From an uncultured bacterium (GTDB taxonomy: Bacteria; Lernaellota; Lernaellaia; Lernaellales; Lernaellaceae): a DNA stretch of 20,924 bases. Every line of letters starts with the position of its first letter. Within the stretch, counting starts at the first letter, position 1. The stretch spans positions 1 to 20,924 of the forward strand of contig CAZHPN010000099.1 in NCBI GenBank assembly GCA_964534375.1. Reading direction: 5' to 3'. Under the pieces are notes generated by a model, which did not search any database, was not told where the DNA came from, and saw only the letters and a list, made by a program, of their open reading frames with translations. Below, piece after piece: positions 16,913 to 20,924 of this stretch. The position numbers and the translations under genes are program-made.

Positions 16913-16947
16913 TCCCGAATCCCGAATCCCGAATCCCGATTCCCGAC
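16913..16947. repeat. 7-mer tandem array (TCCCGAA)n
   Basis: TCCCGAA x3, TCCCGAT, TCCCGAC, separated by 1 nt from the stop of the convergent FTR-like gene. Confidence 0.9.
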
Positions 16948-16948
16948 C

Positions 16949-17293
16949 TCAAAAACACATCTTCTCGGCCGGCCGCCGCTCCGGCGTCGGCAGCAGTTCC
17001 CGCGTGCCCTTGATGTGGTCCGGGTGGACATACAAACCGCAATAGCACTGGCCATATTCCTCGATGTCGGCCGGCGCGTATTCGCACGGGCAGATGATGT
17101 CTTTATCGCGGGCGAAATCCTCGCAGGCGAGGCGGCAGGGGCAACTCGGATAGCCGTAGCGTTGTTTGTTGGTCCACAGGCCCACGATCAGCGGCCAGAC
17201 GACGCTGTAGTTCGGGTTGAACAGCAACCCCCGCCGTTCGGAAAAGACCCGCAGAACTTCGAAATACTCTTCCGCCGTTTGCGGTTTGGGCAT
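16949..17293 (-). CDS. Ferredoxin:thioredoxin/glutaredoxin reductase catalytic subunit (FTRc-like)
   Basis: YGYPSCPCRL...DIICPCEY...YGQCYCGLY: the CPC/CPC/CxC 4Fe-4S plus disulfide signature. Confidence 0.92.
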   Translation of the reverse strand: MPKPQTAEEYFEVLRVFSERRGLLFNPNYSVVWPLIVGLWTNKQRYGYPSCPCRLACEDFARDKDIICPCEYAPADIEEYGQCYCGLYVHPDHIKGTRELLPTPERRPAEKMCF

Positions 17294-17296
17294 ATG

Positions 17297-17560
17297 TCAG
17301 CCTCCGAACACCTGCCGCACCTCGTCCGTGTTGGTGCCGATCAGGATGGTCTCGCCCGCTTCGATGACCGGGAACGAAACGATCGGGTGGAACTTGCGGA
17401 AGCGCTCAACGATCGCGGACCGTTCCTCGCGTGGGAGCAGATCGACCGCGACCAAATCGTACATGATGCCCAGTTGGTCGAGGTAATCTTTCACCCGTTT
17501 GCAGCGCGGGCAAGTAGTGATGATGTAGACGGTCGGTTTGCCGCCGGCATTGTTCGTCAT
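17297..17560 (-). CDS. Glutaredoxin / NrdH-like redoxin
   Basis: ATG 17560 after AAAAGGA. YIITTCPRCKRVKDYL (CxxC) and SFPVI cis-Pro motif; ends 3 nt before the FTRc start. Confidence 0.88.
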   Translation of the reverse strand: MTNNAGGKPTVYIITTCPRCKRVKDYLDQLGIMYDLVAVDLLPREERSAIVERFRKFHPIVSFPVIEAGETILIGTNTDEVRQVFGG

Positions 17561-17624
17561 GAACCTGTCCTTTTCGTTTGAGAAGCAAAGCGTGTCGGAC
17601 TGCCTCCGAGGGCGCCTTGCTAAA

Positions 17625-17653
17625 ACCGTAAGCGCCGCCCGGCCGCTTGTCAA
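17625..17653 (-). promoter_or_regulatory. sigma70 promoter for the glutaredoxin-FTRc operon
   Basis: Minus strand TTGACA (17653-17648), 17 nt, TACGGT (17630-17625). Confidence 0.6.
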
Positions 17654-17680
17654 CGTTTCGCCGGCACGTTTCGCGGCGCG

Positions 17681-18463
17681 TCAAACCTCGATCGCGCCCT
17701 CCAGGTAAGGTGCGCACTCGCCTTCGATCACGACCCGGTCCCCGCGGACCGTGCACCAAAGCTCGCCGCCGCGCGCCGAAGCCTGAAGGCAGTGCAGCGC
17801 CGGTTTGCCGAGCCGGCCCGCCCAATACGGCGCGACCGTGCAATGCACCGAGCCCGTGACCGGATCTTCCGGCACGCCCACGCGCGGCGCGAAGAAGCGC
17901 GAAACGCAATCGTAACCGCCGTCGCCCGGCGCGGTGGCGCAAACCGCGAAGCATTCGACCTTCGCCAGCGCGGAGAGATCAGGCGCCAGGCCCCGCACGA
18001 TGCCGGGGTCATCGTACACCAGCAGGATGTCGCGTGCGGCGAGAATCTCGCGCGGCGCGCGGCCGACGGCTGCGAGCAGGCCGGGCAGGGGCCCGATCCG
18101 GCTCGGCGGCCGCGCCGGGAAATCCATCGCCAGCCGCGGCCCGGATCGCGACACCGTCAATTCGCCGCTCCGCGTTTGAAAAACCACCCGTGGCCGGCCG
18201 GGATCGAGCCGATTCAAGATCAGCCAGGCCGTCGCCAGCGTGGCGTGGCCGCACAGGTCCACCTCGATCGCCGGCGTGAACCAGCGCAGGCGAAAGCCGT
18301 CCGCCAGCGGCGCGAAAAACGCCGTTTCCGACAGGTTGTTCTCCAGGGCGATGGCCTGCAACACGCGGTCGTCGGGCCATTCGGTCAACGGCACGACCGC
18401 GGCCGGATTGCCCTTGAAGACCTCGTTCGTGAACGCGTCGATCTGGTGCAGCGGCAAGCGCAT
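17681..18463 (-). CDS. PhzF family (phenazine biosynthesis-like) isomerase/epimerase
   Basis: QIDAFT..FKGNPAAV, NLSETAF, LRWFTPAIEVDLCGHATLA, SRFFAP..GVPEDPVTGS, QASARGG. Confidence 0.94.
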   Translation of the reverse strand: MRLPLHQIDAFTNEVFKGNPAAVVPLTEWPDDRVLQAIALENNLSETAFFAPLADGFRLRWFTPAIEVDLCGHATLATAWLILNRLDPGRPRVVFQTRSGELTVSRSGPRLAMDFPARPPSRIGPLPGLLAAVGRAPREILAARDILLVYDDPGIVRGLAPDLSALAKVECFAVCATAPGDGGYDCVSRFFAPRVGVPEDPVTGSVHCTVAPYWAGRLGKPALHCLQASARGGELWCTVRGDRVVIEGECAPYLEGAIEV

Positions 18464-18546
18464 TGTGTCAGCCTTCGTTATTTTGACACGACGACGGAAT
18501 CAACCGCCAAAGTTATCACAAACTCGCTAAAGCCGGCCATTTCGGA

Positions 18547-18579
18547 CATTGTTCATTGTTCACTGTTCACTGTTCACTG
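18547..18579. repeat. 7-mer tandem array (CAYTGTT)n
   Basis: CATTGTT CATTGTT CACTGTT CACTGTT CACTG; same unit as 6313-6337 and 20077-20109. Confidence 0.9.
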
Positions 18580-18590
18580 ATCCCTTTGAT

Positions 18591-18614
18591 CCCCCGCCTT
18601 CGCGGGGGCAGGCT
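18591..18614. repeat. REP-like palindromic mini-element within a GATCC 9-mer array
   Basis: CCCCCGC-CTTC-GCGGGGG hairpin plus CAGGCT tail, flanked by GATCCCTTT / GATC...CTGTT / GATCCCGTC units. Confidence 0.65.
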
Positions 18615-18672
18615 CTGTTGATCCCGTCAAAAAAAATGCCATCAATACCGTAATATTCACCGTCGCGGCTGA

Positions 18673-19338
18673 TCAGGGCCGGATTTCGATCGGCGTGTTC
18701 GGCGGCACGAGGTCCCAGATTTCGTCGATTTCCGCGTCGGTGACGACGATGCAGCCGAAGGTCCAGTCGCGCGGCGGCGCCGACGGATCGGGGCGGCGCC
18801 AACTGCGGTACTTCCCGTGAATCATCACGTTGCCGCCGGGCCGGCAGCGGAGTTCCGCGGCCTCGCGGCGGTCCGCCTCGCTCGGGTACGAGACGTGGAT
18901 CGCCTTGTGCGCGCGGCTGTGCGGGTTGCGCTCGTCGAGCACGTACAGGCCCTCCGGCGTTCGGCGGTCGCCCTCGCAGCGTTTGGGCCCGTCGAGATTC
19001 TGGCCGACGTGGATGTGGTATTCGCGCACCGGCGCGCCGTGGCTGAGCAGCACCATGCGCCGCGCCGCCTTCTCCACCAGCACGAAGTCGACGGGCCCGG
19101 GCGGCGGGCCGTCTTTCGCGGTCGCGGCGAGGGGGTTGCTCGTCGGCGCGGAAGAAACGTCGCTTGTCGCGGGAGGAACGTTGTTCGTCGTCGCCGGCGG
19201 CGCATCGTTTGCCGTGGCGACGCTCGCTTGCCGGCTCTGGATCGGCGCCGCCGCCGCGGGCGAATTCATTGACGAACGGCCCGTGCAAAACGCGAGCGCG
19301 ATCAACGCCACAGCGAGCAGGGTGCGGCGGTCAATCAT
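18673..19338 (-). CDS. L,D-transpeptidase (YkuD domain, YafK/DpaA-like), secreted
   Basis: Signal peptide, low-complexity linker, VLVEKAARRM, KRCEGDRRTPEGLY, HVSYPS, GGNVMIHG (His), WTFGCI (Cys). Confidence 0.9.
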   Translation of the reverse strand: MIDRRTLLAVALIALAFCTGRSSMNSPAAAAPIQSRQASVATANDAPPATTNNVPPATSDVSSAPTSNPLAATAKDGPPPGPVDFVLVEKAARRMVLLSHGAPVREYHIHVGQNLDGPKRCEGDRRTPEGLYVLDERNPHSRAHKAIHVSYPSEADRREAAELRCRPGGNVMIHGKYRSWRRPDPSAPPRDWTFGCIVVTDAEIDEIWDLVPPNTPIEIRP

Positions 19339-19816
19339 GCGCGACGGGCCCCGCGCCGAGAACGAAATCGACCTCGTAAACGTGATACCCGGCGCGGCGC
19401 ATGCCGAGCGCGCCGTACGTCGTTTGCGCGGCGCCGTTTTCGGCCGCGACGTAAAGGCGCACGCCGCAGACGTCGGGGCGGCGGCGCGCCTCGGCTACCG
19501 TGTGCTCGTACAGCGCGCGAAAAACGCCCGTTCGCCGCTGGCCGGGGACGACGTAAACCGACTGAATCCACCAGAAATCGCCGTTGCGCCAGTCGCTCCA
19601 TTCGTGGGTGAGCATCAACTGGCCGACGGCGCGGCCGGCGCGGGTCGCGATGCGGTAGCAGGCTTTCTGCGGATCGGCGAGCGCCGCGCGCACGCCGGCG
19701 GCGGCGCGGTCGCGGTCGAGAACGATGCCTTCGGTTTCGTGCGCCATCGCCAGGTTGGCGTCGACGATGAAATCCAGATCGGCTGGTTCGGCGTGGCGAA
19801 TAAAAGTCTCGCTCAA
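19331..19816 (-). CDS. GNAT family N-acetyltransferase
   Basis: EWSDWRNGDFWWIQSVYV..QRRTGVFRALY (acetyl-CoA motif), RLYV..EN..AQ.TY..LGM. TTG start; 8-nt overlap with the L,D-transpeptidase gene. Confidence 0.92.
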   Translation of the reverse strand: MSETFIRHAEPADLDFIVDANLAMAHETEGIVLDRDRAAAGVRAALADPQKACYRIATRAGRAVGQLMLTHEWSDWRNGDFWWIQSVYVVPGQRRTGVFRALYEHTVAEARRRPDVCGVRLYVAAENGAAQTTYGALGMRRAGYHVYEVDFVLGAGPVAHD

Positions 19817-19886
19817 CTCTTCTGCCTCGGATCAAGAAACACTGCCCCGCATTGTAATCGAAAACGCCGCCGCGCAAAAGCGGAAT

Positions 19887-19925
19887 CAGTGAGCAGCGAA
19901 CAGTGAGCAGTGAACAGTGAGCAGT
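19887..19925. repeat. 7-mer array (CAGTGAR)n, left arm of an inverted pair
   Basis: CAGTGAG CAGCGAA CAGTGAG CAGTGAA CAGTGAG CAGT (alternating G/A gives a 14-bp period). Confidence 0.9.
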
Positions 19926-20076
19926 AGTCACCGGCCATCGCAGAATTAGCCGGGAGTAATGAAGAACGAATAGGAGGAGGACCGCTGACACCCGGTAATT
20001 TTCGCTTCTAATCTCAGAGGGCGCCCACGGTTGCAGCGCCGGCCGCAAATTCGCTGAATATATTAGGAGGGTGGCT

Positions 20077-20109
20077 TGTTCACTGTTCACTGCTCATTGT
20101 TCACTGCTC
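20077..20109. repeat. 7-mer array, right arm of the inverted pair
   Basis: TGTT CACTGTT CACTGCT CATTGTT CACTGCT C; its reverse complement matches 19891-19923 at 30 of 33 positions. Confidence 0.9.
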
Positions 20110-20112
20110 GCC

Positions 20113-20130
20113 GATCCTGTTGATCCTGTC
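20113..20130. repeat. 9-mer duplicate GATCCTGTT GATCCTGTC
   Basis: Directly follows the 7-mer array, the same arrangement as at 18579-18628. Confidence 0.7.
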
Positions 20131-20161
20131 TACGTACATGTCATAACAATGTCGGCCAGCG

Positions 20162-20924
20162 TCACCGCCGGCGGAAGGCCAGATCCTCGAAGTGGCGGAA
20201 GAGTCCGACAGTCGAAACGGGGCCGAACACCGGTTCGAGCATCGCGCGCGAGCGTTCGACGCAGTCGCGCAGAAACGTCTGCACATCCTGCCGCAGGCCG
20301 TTGGCGAAGATCGCCGCGCGCAGCTCGGCCGCGGGAAAATGCGGATCGCCCAGCGCCCGCCGCACCAGCGCCGCGGCGCGCCGGTCGCCGCCGTGCAGGA
20401 TCAGCAGATACGGATAGGTCGGCTTGCCCTCGGCGAGATCCGCGTAGACGTCCTTGCCCGTCTCGGCCTGCTCGGCGTCGAGATCGAGCATGTCGTCGGC
20501 GATTTGAAAGGCGCGGCCCAGCAGGCGGCCGGCGTCGTGCAGGGCGCCGACCGGGGCCGCGGCCAGCCCCGCCAGGATGCCCGGGGTCTCCAGGCACAGC
20601 GCGATCAGCGCGCCGGTTTTCCGGTCGACGATGTCGAAGTAGTCGGCGAACGACATCGCCGCGTCGCCGCGCCGCACCCACTCGGTGAGTTGCCCGGTCG
20701 ACAGGTCCGCCACTGCCCGCGCGACGGCCTGGTGGACCGGCAGGCAGTTGGCCCGGCAAATCAGCTCCATCGCTTTGGAGAAGCACACGTCGCCGGCCAT
20801 GATCGCAAACCGATTGCCGTTCGCGCGATAGACCGCGGTCTCGCCGCGGCGCATCGTCGCCTGGTCGATCACGTCGTCGTGCAGCAGCGACGCGTTGTGG
20901 ATCATCTCGACCCCCGCCGCGAGA
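20162..20924 (-). CDS. Long-chain trans-polyprenyl diphosphate synthase (IspB/HepT-like), 5' end outside the window
   Basis: LAAGVEMIHNASLLHDDVID (FARM, with Ala five residues upstream indicating a long-chain product), RRG, RKTG, AFQIADDMLD (SARM), GKD...DLAEGKPT. Confidence 0.93.
   Translation of the reverse strand, partial: LAAGVEMIHNASLLHDDVIDQATMRRGETAVYRANGNRFAIMAGDVCFSKAMELICRANCLPVHQAVARAVADLSTGQLTEWVRRGDAAMSFADYFDIVDRKTGALIALCLETPGILAGLAAAPVGALHDAGRLLGRAFQIADDMLDLDAEQAETGKDVYADLAEGKPTYPYLLILHGGDRRAAALVRRALGDPHFPAAELRAAIFANGLRQDVQTFLRDCVERSRAMLEPVFGPVSTVGLFRHFEDLAFRRR

Noticed and set aside
16842..20130. CRISPR array or DGR template interpretation of the repeats
   Set aside because: Units are 7-9 nt without unique spacers; no cas, RT or Avd genes, and no TR/VR pair differing at adenines was seen.

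Overview
High-GC bacterial chromosomal window. From left to right: a 3'-truncated NifA-like GAF/sigma54 activator (minus strand, missing from the ORF track); a visibly more AT-rich ABC/AAA ATPase + HNH nuclease pair (Septu/PtuAB-like defence module, no retron reverse transcriptase in the window); TetR + aldehyde dehydrogenase; glutamate synthase gltB-gltD behind a structured leader with a candidate 24-aa leader peptide; a tight run of CxxC redoxin lipoprotein, B12-binding radical SAM enzyme, DUF2156-type transferase, nitroreductase and ferritin-like protein; then minus-strand genes for an FTR-like catalytic subunit, glutaredoxin, PhzF-family protein, L,D-transpeptidase, GNAT and a 5'-truncated polyprenyl synthetase. 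The most distinctive non-coding signal is a set of intergenic 7-mer and 9-mer tandem arrays with an apparent strand polarity. One inverted pair forms a 33-bp inverted repeat enclosing a structured 153-nt segment, and one 9-mer array is interrupted by a cleanly removable 23-nt palindromic element. All calls come from reading the sequence by eye; no searches or folding programs were run.
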